The notes beneath the pieces are model-generated. The model was not told the DNA's origin, ran no database searches, and worked only from the letters and a program-made list of their open reading frames with translations. This document shows, piece after piece, positions 1-13,159 of a stretch of DNA of 64,000 bases; within the stretch, counting starts at the first letter, position 1, and each line of letters opens with the position of its first letter. The DNA comes from Octopus bimaculoides (lineage: Eukaryota): the NCBI RefSeq assembly GCF_001194135.2, contig NC_068989.1, positions 60,290,775 to 60,354,774 on the forward strand. Direction: 5' to 3'. The position numbers and the translations under genes are program-made.

Positions 1-108
1 GGTGGTGTAAACAACAAATGGATGTATTAGTATAACGCTCGGGAATAGAGAAAGGAACACAGAAAGAAACAAGGAGAGAAACAAGGTGAATGTATATATA
101 TATATATT
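1..108 (-). repeat. Partial copy of an abundant interspersed repeat ending in (TA)n, possibly a Penelope-associated terminal repeat
   Basis: GGTGGTGTAAACAACAAATGGATGTATTAGTATAACGCTCGGGAATAGAGAAAG followed by an AG-rich tract and (TA)n. Recognised from memory of octopus repeats; not verifiable within the window. Confidence 0.3.
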
Positions 109-3100
109 ATCAATGTGGCAAATATATGTTACTGAGGAAAACTTGCTTTACTTTTGAAATATTTTTGTAAGCACAGAACGGACAAATGGTTACAAAGTCC
201 GCTTTACAGCAACTAGTTTCCGAGTTTGATTCCATGGAATGCCTGTTTGGGCAAATGTAATTTTCAAGTAGCTTTGGGTCGACAGACAGAAACTTCAATG
301 TATCCTATCAGATGGATTGTACCTGTAATTCAAACGACTGCAGACTCCTTACACATCGTGTCATATCGTGCCACATTGTGTCACTCTGACTGAGCCTGAG
401 AATTACATTAAAGTACGCATGCATTTACACTTTAATTCAGTTCAGGAACACACTCTGTTGATCGAAGAAATGGAACCATTCTCATTGTTGAATGATGGTA
501 ATCCACCACAGCCCTTTATCATAATTGAGTGAATATAGAGTGAGATATAAGTAAGGTCTTGTTGATTGACGACATGGTCCTGATTTTGATACTGATTTTG
601 AAAGTAGATATATAGTAATTACTAGAGAAAGATTAATTAACTTACATACATCTGAGTGTGAAGTTAAAGGAGGCCTTTTTTGTATTATTATAGTGAAGCC
701 TACGTAAGTTATCTAAATTATGAAGTTGTGTCAGTGGAAGATTAAATAACGTTGAACTCAATAAACGGAAGTGACAGATTTCATATTAGTCGTAGAGTTA
801 TTTGTATTTAGTTTCTGGAGTTGCTGATGTCAAAAAATAAAAGGAGATAAGTTTAACGGGAAGGACTTCCAGCTAATGGCAAAGTAAATTTTCCAATTGT
901 CACTAAGCTAGTTTCTCTTCCAACTTATATTTTTCTTCTAAAGAAAGTAAACTAAAATTATAAGATCTTATTTGAAAGAGAAGTTATTTCAAATAATCTG
1001 CGTGGAATAACTATAAAATATCCTTCGAAACCCTCCCCTTAGTTTTACAGACAAAACTGTTAGACAATGTAATTTGAGATATACTAGTGAAAAGATGGGA
1101 TAGTCACGGCTGGAATGGTCAGTTGGATGACATAGGTTTGAACAACCACAACAGCAGCAATAGTAGCGGTAATAGCAACTACAACATGGACTTTGTTTGA
1201 AACTTGCTGAATGATTAAAATCATTTTAAACAATAGTTAGCATTTGTGTCATATATAACTAGATTATCAATATAACTGCATTATCAATACTTTTGCTCCA
1301 TTAGGAGACAAAGTAGTACACAACAGTTTCTCGCTTCAGTTAAGCGCATCGATCTGGTTAGATACTTTCTAATCTCAATCAAATGATCTTTTAAGACAAT
1401 ATATACGAGTGAAAAATAAGATTGCAAAAGTATGCTAAGTTCTTTTTTTTCTATTCGTATTTACATAATTATCTAAACCATAGATGTAATCGTCAGCTGG
1501 AAGTATATAGATTTAATAAGCGATATTACTTTATAAAGTCTGAGTGCAACGTTCTGGGGAACAGATTTCGAAAACAAATATGTGTTCCTGATGTATTTTT
1601 CTTTTGTCTGTATCTTTACTCTATCAATGCTTACATTCTGTTGCAAATTGCTTCATTTTTTTCTGAAAGTTTGTATTCCGAATTGGAAAGCACACTGAAG
1701 CGTGTTACTGTGCTGCAGCTTATTTTTCACATCAATTGTCTCTCATATCTCTTACAGCAAAACTGAAACACAATAAAAAAAAAAAAACAGGAACGAAATT
1801 GTTTAACAATGAATACTGGAACAAAACTAACACAAATATGCTTCAGCTAGCTCTACATAATCCATAGAGAATATAAGAGATTTTTTTTGTTTCTGGATAA
1901 AATTATAGAATATTCTCAAGATAAGAATTTATTATTGTTTTCTTTATCTCATATCGGTGTGTTTATTATTGACTAAAGTGTACAAAACATATATTGAAAG
2001 TATAACGCACATAGAAATATATCTAAAAAGGGTTAATTACACTAAATATGCTGAAAATTAATAGACATTGATTATTATCTTTAAAAACAATTATGAATAT
2101 TTAACTTTCTTTTGAATTCTACCGAGACAAAATATTTGAAATATGATTGCAAAATATTACTTGAGACCTACATTAAATCTGCAGATATTGTATCTTCGTA
2201 CCTCATGTGACGTCTGATATTGATTCATAATCAGTTTTTAAATGTGTGTTATAATGAACAAGTTATTTCCTTTTGACTGAGTCTTTTGCATTATTCTAAT
2301 CCGCATTCGCTCTGATATACGTTCTGCTTTGGATTAACAAAAAAAAAAACATAGACCATCACCCAAATACTTCTACTTGAAATGATGATTCCATGAGATA
2401 TTTTATCTTATTATCAGCTGTAATGCTATATAACACTTGAAAAATTCAACGTTATACAACTCTTTTGCTGTTTCATACTTCACATCAAGCATCATCAAGG
2501 TGAACTCTTTTTACCGTCTCTCTATCACATGTTGATACACTCATAAAAATAAAGTTTCTTGATAAAAATATATTTCCAAGCAGTTAAAATTTGAATAACA
2601 AACGTTGTTTATTTTTCTTGCGGGAATCATTTACTAATCTCGTTTTAAGCTACTCTTTTAGTCTGCAGAATACTTTACAAATATTCACCAAATAATTCGA
2701 GCAAGTCTTTCAAGTTAATTAAAGTTAATTTATTAATATAAAGGATTTGACAAAAACCAAATTAGGTTATCCCCACGGATGGGAAATTAAAATACTTTGA
2801 GCTAAACTAAGCAAAGCATGCCGGCTTTGAATACATTTAATCAAATTTTGTTGTTTGATCATCGAGAATAAATCCAGAGGAAAAAATAATAAAACCCTGA
2901 ATCACTGATTCAGTTACGTTAGCTTGCTTTCATTAACATTTTGCAGTCACCAACCAATTTATTTTTAATTCTTTTCTTGTTGAAGTAGTCTTCCTTTAAT
3001 GATATCCACAGTGTCCATTAATTGTACTTTACAAGAATACGGTTTTTATAATATTTTTGATTTGTTGATACAAAGCTATTACTTTGCGATAATGGTTATA

Positions 3101-5284
3101 TTGACTCGGCAAATCGGAACCGTAAAGTATAATCTAAATAGATTATAAAATATCAAATAATGCTTCAGCAGAAAATTCAGCTCTCTTTATTTACCATTCA
3201 GATTTTTCTCGCATTGATAAATAAAATTTAGTATATTACCTGTGATACATATAACTGGACTCCTAAGCACGTTATTATATTCATAAAGCCCTTACGTTTG
3301 AATCACTATGGCTGACATATGATTAAAAATGAACTGAAGGCGTGTGATGGTTTAAACTTCAAAAAAAAAAAAAAACGTTTCCACCTGCGATAAACATATC
3401 ACGTGTAGAGAGACCTAAGATTATGAAGAAAATAGGAAAGAAACCATGAAATTTGTAATAAATACTGACTCGTTGATATCTGAAGCATTATGAATTAAAC
3501 ATGAATGAATAGGTTGTCTACCTATTTCTTCTACGTAATAAAATTTCGCACTGCACTGTTCTCTTCACTCTAAAAGACATTGGATACTTTTCTCGATTTA
3601 CACTAATTCTTTAAATCTTGAATTAATGAAACACCCTTCATTTGTTGATACCCCCTATTACCCTAATCGATAAAATTTACCTCTCTGTCGTATGTATTAC
3701 GCCAGGTTGCTCAAATAAATACTTTCTTAAAGACGTGTCTTTGATGTGTCCTTTAAAAACGTGTCTTTGACTATCCAGACAGTAGTTTGGCACGCTTTCA
3801 TCTTCAGTGCCTAACACTCTCCCAATCTTTATAGTGATGACAATATTAAAAGAATATCAAAAGAATATTAAAAGAACATTGGTTAGTAATTATATATTTC
3901 AAATGGAAATAATCCATAGATTTTAGATATGAAAAGGCATTTCAGTAAATAATGTTATACAGATATATTGGAAGTTTGTGTGGCTTCTCTTCAGAGAGAA
4001 CTTGGGAAAATAATGGGAAGTTTTAAATATACAATAAAGTAGTTAATTTGCAATCGAATCACTGAGAGCTGATAAAAATGATGGAGCAATGACAGCGCTT
4101 CTTTACTATAATAGTTTTTCATTCTACTAATCTCTCCGATTGTCGTGAAATCGCCAATTGACAAACAAAATTGCTTCGATTTTTCTACACCGGATTTCCC
4201 TGACATTTCATGTGGCATTATACTTCTTGACAGTGACTCTTTTATAGCGTTTCTTCAGATAATCTATAAAATTAAGCCACATTATTTTCCTTATTAAAAT
4301 TTGAAGCGCGAAACATGATTGGCAGTCTTATAAAATAAATCGATATTATAAAATGAACACCTATTCCTGTAATACCTTTTAGTTTCTATGACGAAATGAG
4401 ATAATTTTGCAAATCGTTTCCCAAGTCAACAACATCACCTTCAATTCTAATAACTATTTTCTTTTCAAACAAATACTTTCAGACTATTAAAGATTTACCT
4501 GGCTTAGTATTTCAGAAAATCACGTGAAAAGGGAATTTTCTTAACATTGGTTAACATTGATTGCTTGTTAAATCTATTCATTATATGCAATATAAATTTA
4601 AATTAATCTATGAAGGTATAATAGTTAGCTTTAATAGAAAACTACGCCTTCATTTCCCATTTTTAATATTTTATGCTATGCAGTCTGCGAAAAATCGAGT
4701 ATAAAAGATAAAAGTATAAAAAATGTCACGTAGTCAGTTGAATCGATGGACACCGTTAAAGACTTCATTATTCATCGATCAATAATAATTTATTTTGACA
4801 TGGCATACGTTCAGTTATGCAAGGGCAATGACGAAGTCGAACTGAATCGATTTTAGAATATTACTAGATTTTTTTTTATCAACTACAGAAGAACGAATGA
4901 TGACAAGATTTAAATTGGGAATCGAGAGGTTCACAATGAGATCTGTAATGCATGTAGTCTAGAACGTTGGGTTTAACATTGAATCATGAGAAAGTAATAA
5001 TTATATCATAAATATTTAGGATTCTGAATGATTATTTTTCACAAGAAATTAAGGCATATAGAACGGACAGAATACATTCGATGAATTTTTTTTTTAATTG
5101 GAAAATGAAAGCTTATTAAAATAACTCCTAGATACCCGTGAATGTGTCTCTGTAGTAGATGAGAAATGTGATTTGTTTTTATTGTTTACTTCCAAACCAA
5201 ACTTTATTGACGAAACTAATGATCAAAATCTTTCATCACGTTAATTATGCTGTGGTTTCCTAGTTAGTATATATAGGACTAGTG

Positions 5285-5429
5285 AAGGCGCGTGGCTTAG
5301 TGGTTAGAGTTTTCGGCTCACGATTGCAAGGTCGTGAGTTCAAATCCGGCATGGCGTTGTGTCCTTGAACAAGACACTTTATTTCCCGTTACTCCAGTCC
5401 ACTCAGCTGACAAAAATGAGTAGTACCTG
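5285..5429 (+). mobile_element. tRNA-derived CORE-type SINE, 3' truncated
   Basis: A-box-like TGGCTTAGTGG and B-box-like GAGTTCAAATCC, followed by GTGTCCTTGAACAAGACACTT, which resembles the CORE domain (MIR TGACCTTGGGCAAGTCACTT). Confidence 0.75.
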
Positions 5430-6829
5430 CTTGGAGACGGTAGTGTATCACTTGAGGGAGATTCAACAGCTATATCCAGTAGTTATAGTGGTCAAATGCA
5501 GGAACCGCTCTTGGCTTGTGTTTCGCTATATTTATTTGGTGATGATTATGGAAAGCATATGAAAAATTTTCTAGTCGTACTTGCTTAACAATTGGCTTCT
5601 AACATGTAAAAATGTTAACACGATATTCTGATTCTATAGACATAAATTGACGTCTACGTTAAAAGCTGTAAGGATTCCCTCAGTAAAATGCGTATTTCTA
5701 GGTGTATTCAATACAGCGATTTATTGCATCAGCCATGTAGTTAGATCATTGCTTTCAAACTGAGAAAAATTTGGTTACCAAATGAAAATTCACTTCTATC
5801 ATGATATATTAGAAAAAACTTATTCACATTTTGAGGTTTCAGAAATAATAGAAGAATACAAGAAAGTTCGCATGAATAAATTCGAAGTATTGAATAGTTA
5901 GTTTATATTCTCAGTAAAATCTGCGATTCCTACGTATATTACAACTTAGATTAACATAAACGACGAAATGTATGGACAGCTTGCAAATATTACACTAATA
6001 TATTGGGCATGGGAGACATTGAAGAATTACTACTACTACTACTACTACTACTACTGCTNNNNNNNNNNNNNNNNNNNNNNNNNNNNNNNNNNNNNNNNNN
6101 NNNNNNNNNNNNNNNNNNNNNNNNNNNNNNNNNNNNNNNNNNNNNNNNNNNNNNNNNNNNNNNNNNNNNNNNNNNNNNNNNNNNNNNNNNNNNNNNNNNN
6201 NNNNNNNNNNNNNNNNNNNNNNNNNNNNNNNNNNNNNNNNNNNNNNNNNNNNNNNNNNNNNNNNNNNNNNNNNNNNNNNNNNNNNNNNNNNNNNNNNNNN
6301 NNNNNNNNNNNNNNNNNNNNNNNNNNNNNNNNNNNNNNNNNNNNNNNNNNNNNNNNNNNNNNNNNNNNNNNNNNNNNNNNNNNNNNNNNNNNNNNNNNNN
6401 NNNNNNNNNNNNNNNNNNNNNNNNNNNNNNNNNNNNNNNNNNNNNNNNNNNNNNNNNNNNNNNNNNNNNNNCCGCCTTCCCCTCCTCCTCCTTTCTCTTA
6501 ACTACAATACATTGCTGCTTGTTATGTGCTCCAGTGTTACGCTTTTAATCAACGAACGAGATCGAAATTCTTTATCTAATGAAACGAGACGATGGAGCAT
6601 TATACTTTAATCAGCCTTTTACTGTGGAACGAAGTCAAAGAAATAAATACTTAGCACAAGGAAACAAGTTCAAATGTTACACGTTCAATAACTCAAACTA
6701 TGGAAAGAGATCATTATCTTTCACATAATGGAACATTATTATGAAGAAGCATAAATATATGAATCCAAATAGAAGCGAAAAAAATAATAATAAAATAAAG
6801 CATGAAATTACCACAGCTCTTTTCCCGTA

Positions 6830-7042
6830 ATAATGATTTCAAATATTGGCACAAAACCTGCACTTTGGTGGGGAGGGTAAGTCGATTACAACAACCACAA
6901 TGCTCAGCTGGTGCTTATTTTATCGACCTCGAAAGGATGAAAGGAAAAGTCGACCCGGCGGAACTAGAACTCAGAACGTGAAGACGGACGAAATATCGTT
7001 AAGCATATAGTCCGGGGTGCTAACGATTCTAGCTCGCCGCTA
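6830..7042 (-). mobile_element. tRNA-derived SINE family A (Meta-domain-like centre)
   Basis: Homologous to copies at 8590, 46612, 48436, 48720, 49008 and 53291 (shared TTATCGACC..GAAAGGATGAAAGG.AAAGTCGACC..GGCGGAA..GAACTCAGAACGT). The reverse complement begins with a tRNA-like head carrying a GAGTTC B-box. Confidence 0.85.
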
Positions 7043-7049
7043 GCTAGCT

Positions 7050-7330
7050 GAATGGAAGTGTTTCGTTCAACACCTATAAACAACTCTTTTCAGGGACCGT
7101 TTGAGTGGGATGGGCTACTCAACTTGAAGAAATTCTAACTGGGCCCCACCTGTAAGGTCATGCGCTGTTTCTGTTGATATGAGATCACTATGTAGCGCAC
7201 AAATGGTTGTGATACATGTGCTTGGTGTACCCTTATCAGACAGGTAGTCACAATGGGTACAGAGGGATTCGTATATTTGTACTCCTGTGTCAATTTGATG
7301 TCATATGCAAGAAAGATAATAATAATAATG

Positions 7331-7383
<53 letters not shown>

Positions 7384-7410
7384 CATAATAATAATAATGA
7401 TAATAATAGA
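7050..7410 (+). mobile_element. 5'-truncated (AAT)n-tailed retroposon (non-LTR 3' end or SINE), copy 1
   Basis: 7050-7315 aligns with 7690-7950 (AATTCTAACTGGG.CCCACC.G.AAGGTCATGCGCTGTTT..TTGATATGAGATCA). Ends in an (AAT)n tail at 7316-7410. Confidence 0.75.
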
Positions 7411-7954
7411 TGCACTACCAGGCACAGGCACAGGCTCTCATGGCTTCTGATTTTAACTGATTGGAAATGTCATCATGTACATGTTTTGTCTTGATATAAA
7501 AGACAGGCTACAGCAAATATTCTGCTCAATACCACAGATTTACTTGTCAGTTGTTTGATCCTAACCACTTCAGCATGTCCATTGGTGACTGACGACATCT
7601 GAACACGAGCAGATGTAATGGCGGAGCATCATAGCCATGTGGTGAGGGGAATTATTTGGGTTGGGGTTTGAATAATTCAGCTTTGAAAGAATGAATGTTT
7701 CGTTGAACACCTTAAACAACCCTTATTCTTGAACCTTTCGATGTTACTCGACCTGAAGAAAATTCTAACTGGGTCCCACCAGCAAGGTCATGCGCTGTTT
7801 ATCTTGATATGAGATCATAATCTCGCGCACTCATGGTTGTGATGCATATGCCTGATGTACCCTTATCGGACGGGTAGTCATGATGTGTATGCTGGGCTTC
7901 ATATATTTTACTCCAGTGTTACTTTGATGGCATGCACTACTCTCTCACTTAATG

Positions 7955-8029
<75 letters not shown>

Positions 8030-8064
8030 GTAATAATAATAATAATAATAATGGTAATAATAAT
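7411..8064 (+). mobile_element. (AAT)n-tailed retroposon, longer copy 2
   Basis: Same 3' sequence as copy 1 plus ~280 bp of additional 5' sequence; (AAT)n tail at 7953-8064. Confidence 0.75.
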
Positions 8065-8264
8065 TTGAGATAGGTACTTGGATGTGGAATATCTCCTACA
8101 ATAATTAACAACTGCGTAAAGAGACTCTGTGAGATGTCTAAAAGCAGACTGCTGTCCGCCCTCACAGAAACTATCAGAGCAAACAAGACCAAGCGCTCTG
8201 AGAAGTAAAAAAAAAAACTAACAAAAACAACGACAATAACAATAATAATAATAAGAAGAAGAAT

Positions 8265-8589
8265 AAAGTAATAGTGCTAATTGAGAAAGAAAGCAAGCGA
8301 TGCTGGATCATAGATATAGCATGCCCAACTGGCAACAGTGAGTAAAAATCTCGAGTAAATGGAACAAATAGGGGCTGCAATAAGGGTGGAGCACTTGCAG
8401 AAAATAGCACTGCTTGGAACCGCTCGAATTGTCCGGATGGTACTCGAAATATAAGGGGGTGTTACCTTAGTTCATTGGTAGTGAATAGCTGGCACCGTAG
8501 TACATCGGTGCAAAGGTAGTGAACAGCTGGCACCGTAGTACATCGCCGGCGTTAGAAGCTGTTCAAAGAGAATAAATAATAATAATAAT
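8265..8589 (+). mobile_element. R4/Dong-clade non-LTR retrotransposon 3' end (restriction-like endonuclease C-terminus, 3'UTR, AAT tail), internally deleted
   Basis: Translates as VIVLIEKESKRCWIIDIACP...LQKIALLGTARIVRMVLEI*, matching the RLE PD..D region and the typical C-terminal QK.ALLGTA.I.R.VL motif. Flanked by (AAT)n. Confidence 0.8.
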
Positions 8590-8801
8590 CCTTTCTCTTA
8601 TAGGTACAAGGCCTGATATTTTGGTGGAGGAGACAAGTCGGTTACAGCGATTCCAGTGCTGGCTGGTACTTAATTTATCGATCTTGAAAGAATGAAAGCA
8701 AAGTCGACCTCGGCGGAATTTGAACTCAGAACGTAAAGACGGACGAAATGCCGCTAAGCATTTTGTCCTGCGTGCTAACGATTCTGACAGCTCACCGCCT
8801 A
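8590..8801 (-). mobile_element. SINE family A, near full length
   Basis: Aligns with the other family A copies; tRNA head ends in CTCACCGCCT on the + strand. Confidence 0.9.
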
Positions 8802-11800
8802 AATAATAATAATGATGATGATGAGGATATGGTATGGTGGTACGGAAGCCGATGAACTTCGATGCCTGTAGACATGGCGTATGAAGAGATAGAGAGAAAG
8901 AGAAAGAGAGTAAGAGATAGAAAGAATTTAGCTTATTTATATTTTCCTTTCATTTTACGGACAAAGTTTGAAAATTATTGCTTATCACGTGACTCTCCAA
9001 TAATATTTTGATCGAACCTTCCAAAAAAAAAAAAGTATAAATCTTTCCAATTTAAAGTGTGGATTTACTATTGCTAATTTAGTTTGGTCAGTGCAATGCA
9101 CGAGACTCTCGGTCTTTGAGTCATTTGCGTAATTTTACAGCCGAATATATATGAAAAAAATTCTTGCAGTTGTATTTCTCTTCTTTGTTCTACCAAACAT
9201 ATACACACATTTAAACATTGTATTTCTTACGTTTATCTATATTGATATATGCATTTATATAGAATGTAGAATGTCAGACTAAATTACAATATTATCTTTT
9301 ACGCTCAGGCGTAGATAAAACAAGAGTAACCCACAGGATTAGTTTCATCGACTATTCGTTTATGGCATGCAAATTGAACTGAAGCAAGAAACCAGATATA
9401 AACGTTATCGTCTCTGCATGTTAAATATTTTATATCTGCAATATAATTAATTTATTACCTATAGTAGGCGACAGAATCTTAAGATATGCTAAAAAGTCAG
9501 TCATAAATAACTACGTTATATTAATTTTCAGTTGCATAGTAAAAGATGTGCACATATAAAGCTTTTTTCAAAGCAAATTTGCAATTTTTTGATAAAGTCA
9601 ACAAATTACCTGGCCATAAATTGTTTCCCGGTTTATCGAAACAGTGACAACATGTCTGCTATCAAAGGATATGCTGCATGTTAAACAAAAGTCGATATTC
9701 TCAGAAAGATCACTGCTAAAAGTTCAATTACGTATTTATGACCAGCAATTTATCTTTTTTCACTGAATATCCACATGAAATAACCTGGTGTTATTGCTAT
9801 CTGATTTGAAAAAGTCCAAATTGATGCAATGACGACTTCATGAAGCAGAATTTTTTTTTAAAACTATAATACATGAAACAAAACAGACAGGATAATACTA
9901 AATGGTGTTGACCAGAAAATGGTAACCAAAGCTCAATGTAGTTTCTTCGATTTTGAATGTTAATGCATTACTATGGGAAAAGACCATAGGGTGAGGTGTA
10001 GAATATATTTATTGAATTTGAAAGTATGAACGTTAAGGCCTAATGTTATGATCTAGATGCAGTAGTGGAGACTGCTCTTCTAAGATGAATGCCTTTCCAC
10101 AATATGAGTGATGTTAAATGGTGTAAATCTTTCGATTCAACAAAGTATACAAATAAACCTAAAATAATTCAAATACAAACGAAGAAAGAATTTAAATTTA
10201 AACTAAGTGAATCTAAAGACTGAATGGTATTTATTATCTGACAAAAAGCAGTTTAATCTCGATGTGACACAATACAAATTTTACTAACATGATATTTATT
10301 CAGAAAGAACTTTTGTTTAAATGGAAAAGAATATTTAGTGAAGGCAGTATCATTGTATGAACGGATTTTTCTGGCAACAAGATATTAAAGAGGTTCTTTG
10401 TAGTCGTTTCTATCAACCCATAAATTTACGCAGGCTTGATTAATGCCTTCGTGGTATCTTGCTAACTGTCGTTTAAGAATATTAATGTAAATGTTCCACG
10501 GGAAAGGTATTGTTAGATAGCGAATGATCAGCTCATTTCTGCTAAGGAACAATATTTTTTCCTGTTGTAGGGCTATTATAATAAGCATAACATACATTTC
10601 AACCAGCCTTCACAAATACAAACATGATTGATACACTTATTCCCAATCAAATAAATATACACAATAAACGCACAATCAAAATCATACGCATATATAAACA
10701 CACATACACACATATAAATAAAAGAGAGATCCCATTTATCGCGATTTTCGTCAACACGGAGTTCGATTTATGCGCTTTTTGTTTTGTGATCACATTTCAA
10801 TATACCCAGTATAATTTCACATGTACGCTCGCCTTAATTCCATTCAACTCACTGAATGCTTCACATGTCCTGCAGGATTATCTTAGCTTCTTTGTTCACT
10901 ACTACGTACTGCCATATTCCCATATTCAGTGTTCGTTATTTGACACTTTTAATGTTTCTGTGCAATTCATTGTCTCATATCGTTAACCCACCAGCGGCAC
11001 ATTACTGTCTGCATGCTTTAATCGTCGTTGCGTTTATAGTTAATAACATATTTGTGCATTCATTGTGAACCAAGTGCTACGCTATCTGCAGCAAGTTCTT
11101 TCCTATTTGTTCAATACAAGATTTTGATCTTACTACCATACTCTACCACTCTATTAGACTCCGTTTTTCCTGTGCCAATTCTCTTTCTTTTCTTCTATAC
11201 GTTTCTATTATATCATCGTACCCTACACTATGACCATCTTTTCTCACTCTCTACAGTCAGACGCCACAACTGTTATTCACTACTCATTACTCACTTGTCA
11301 CCGTATTTGGTGTTTCTAGGCGTTTTACTTTACCTACAGTGGAAGTACAATTTACTCCTCATAACAGCTGCATTTATCGATTTTATCGATTTTTCGTAAA
11401 CAGTCATTGAAATGTTTTCTTGCCAACGCAGGCTCTCAAAATCTTTGAGTGGATTCCGGTTTTACTAGAAACATGTGAAGCACAGCTGTGGACTTTGCAA
11501 TGAGGGCACCTTTCACTGTTTTCTCATAAACATCGTCCATCCGGTATTCGTACATATAACAAACTACTATTATGATGAAAAGAAATTTGAGATCACGTGT
11601 TGGCAACACAAGAGAAGGGATTGATTTCTGAAGAGAATAGATAGAATATGAAATGAGAGACATACTCAAGATATTGTATCTCAAATCCTGAATGATTTGT
11701 CCATTTCAAAAGCATCAAAACATGATAAATTTCAAAGGCTGAAGGAAAAGTAAGCGAAGATCATGTTTTAAGAAAACAGAAGGCAGTCACTGCAAATGAA

Positions 11801-12099
11801 ACAAACTTACTGAATCAGAATATGACTAGAAAGAAATGTTTCACTGGGAAGAAACTGGGTTGTTTTAGAATAAAATTCTTGAGCACTGAAAAGTTTTAAC
11901 CACTGAGCGCACCTTTTAATGCAGGTCTGATAAAGTGCCACTCTAATGTTTAAAATCATAAATATTACGTAACATATTTCATAGGAACCCTTTGCGTACA
12001 TGGTGTTAAATCAAGATGGTAACGACGAAATTGTAACTGGCCATTAAAGAAGTGTTCATGTACTAAACACTTTCTTTGTCATATATATATATACATATA

Positions 12100-12710
12100 T
12101 AAAAGATAAACAAGAGTGAAAAAAACTACAGAAGGCTGGTGTTATATAGTTAAAGTATATAGCTAAATCGTTTTGTTAGAAAAATGTTATAAAATTTTGA
12201 GTATAGAAACATTATTTTGGGAGAAATAACCGGTTTCGTATTTTCTTTTCAAATTTCTCTACCTGTATCGTAACATGTCTTCACTCCGGTATAAAATATG
12301 GTGTTCTAAATAGGGGCAGGTAATCAGGGATTTTTTCCGGTATAAGGGAGATAATCAAAAATGTTAGAGATGATAGATTTTGATTAATTTAACATGATTT
12401 GGTTTAGAAGGAATAGAATGTTATAAGTGGTTAGGTTTTGCTCTATATTCGNNNNNNNNNNAGAATGTTATAAGTGGTTAGGTTTTGCTCTATATTCGTT
12501 TTCTCAGTGAGGTGACTTTCCTTATTTAAAAGTGTTAGCAATGGTTAAGTTTTGGCTTATATTTATCAATGAAGAAGGTTTCCTTATTTAATCTAATTTC
12601 TGTTGGTGTTCCAATGGCACATTGATAGAATGGAAAGATTATAAATTGTGGTAGCATTTGTTTTGCGCATTTCTCAATATGTTCACTAAAGGGTATCATT
12701 CTGTATTCTG
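12100..12710 (-). mobile_element. Penelope-like element 3' remnant (GIY-YIG C-terminus plus terminal region)
   Basis: The minus strand encodes IPFSEHIEKCAKQMLPQFIIFPFYQC...RLNKETFFIDKYKPKLN* (about 12535-12705), homologous to IAFSEHIDICA...KESCFIAKYKPPLN at 23780-23935. Confidence 0.75.
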
Positions 12711-12730
12711 TATTCACCGAGAAAAAAATA

Positions 12731-12771
<41 letters not shown>

Positions 12772-13121
12772 CATATATATTATTGAAGAAGAGCTTTAAT
12801 GGAACACTCCAGGATTTTAAAATTGTCCTTGACATTTCATTTTGTAAGGAACAAAATGTGTGGAAAATCCCCACTTTTATGCTTCTACATGCGGTGTTTG
12901 TCAGATTTCGCAAGGGTTACAACTGAGAAAATACCTTGGATTTCTAAACCCCTTTAATCATGAAGGGGAGTAATCGATAACGTCAACGTCAATACTTACC
13001 ACAGCGTGGTAAATGTTTACTCGAGCTCTACGTTACGGAAAAGGGAACTGACACAGGTGAAAAGCAACAATCAACCACACAGAAAAAAGACGCACACACA
13101 AACACACAAACACACACAAAT

Positions 13122-13159
<38 letters not shown>

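Noticed and set aside
1422-1766. 114-aa ORF and similar 60-120 aa ORFs in unique AT-rich DNA
   Set aside because: Composition (F/L/I/Y/K-rich) mirrors AT bias; most start at non-ATG codons and no domains were recognised.
3789-3812. GGCAC-TGAAGA-T-GAAAGC-GTGCC hammerhead-like hairpin (minus strand)
   Set aside because: No stem II and a G at the cleavage position; compatible with chance.
3725-3880. Short tandem duplications (about 24-bp unit twice; 12-bp unit three times)
   Set aside because: Ordinary slippage products in AT-rich DNA.
5285-5350. tRNA gene call for this and other SINE heads
   Set aside because: A/B boxes are present but there is no full cloverleaf, and each continues directly into a SINE body.
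12415-12498. 37-bp direct repeat flanking a 10-N gap
   Set aside because: Identical sequence on both sides of a placeholder gap is typical of unmerged overlapping contig ends, i.e. an assembly artefact.
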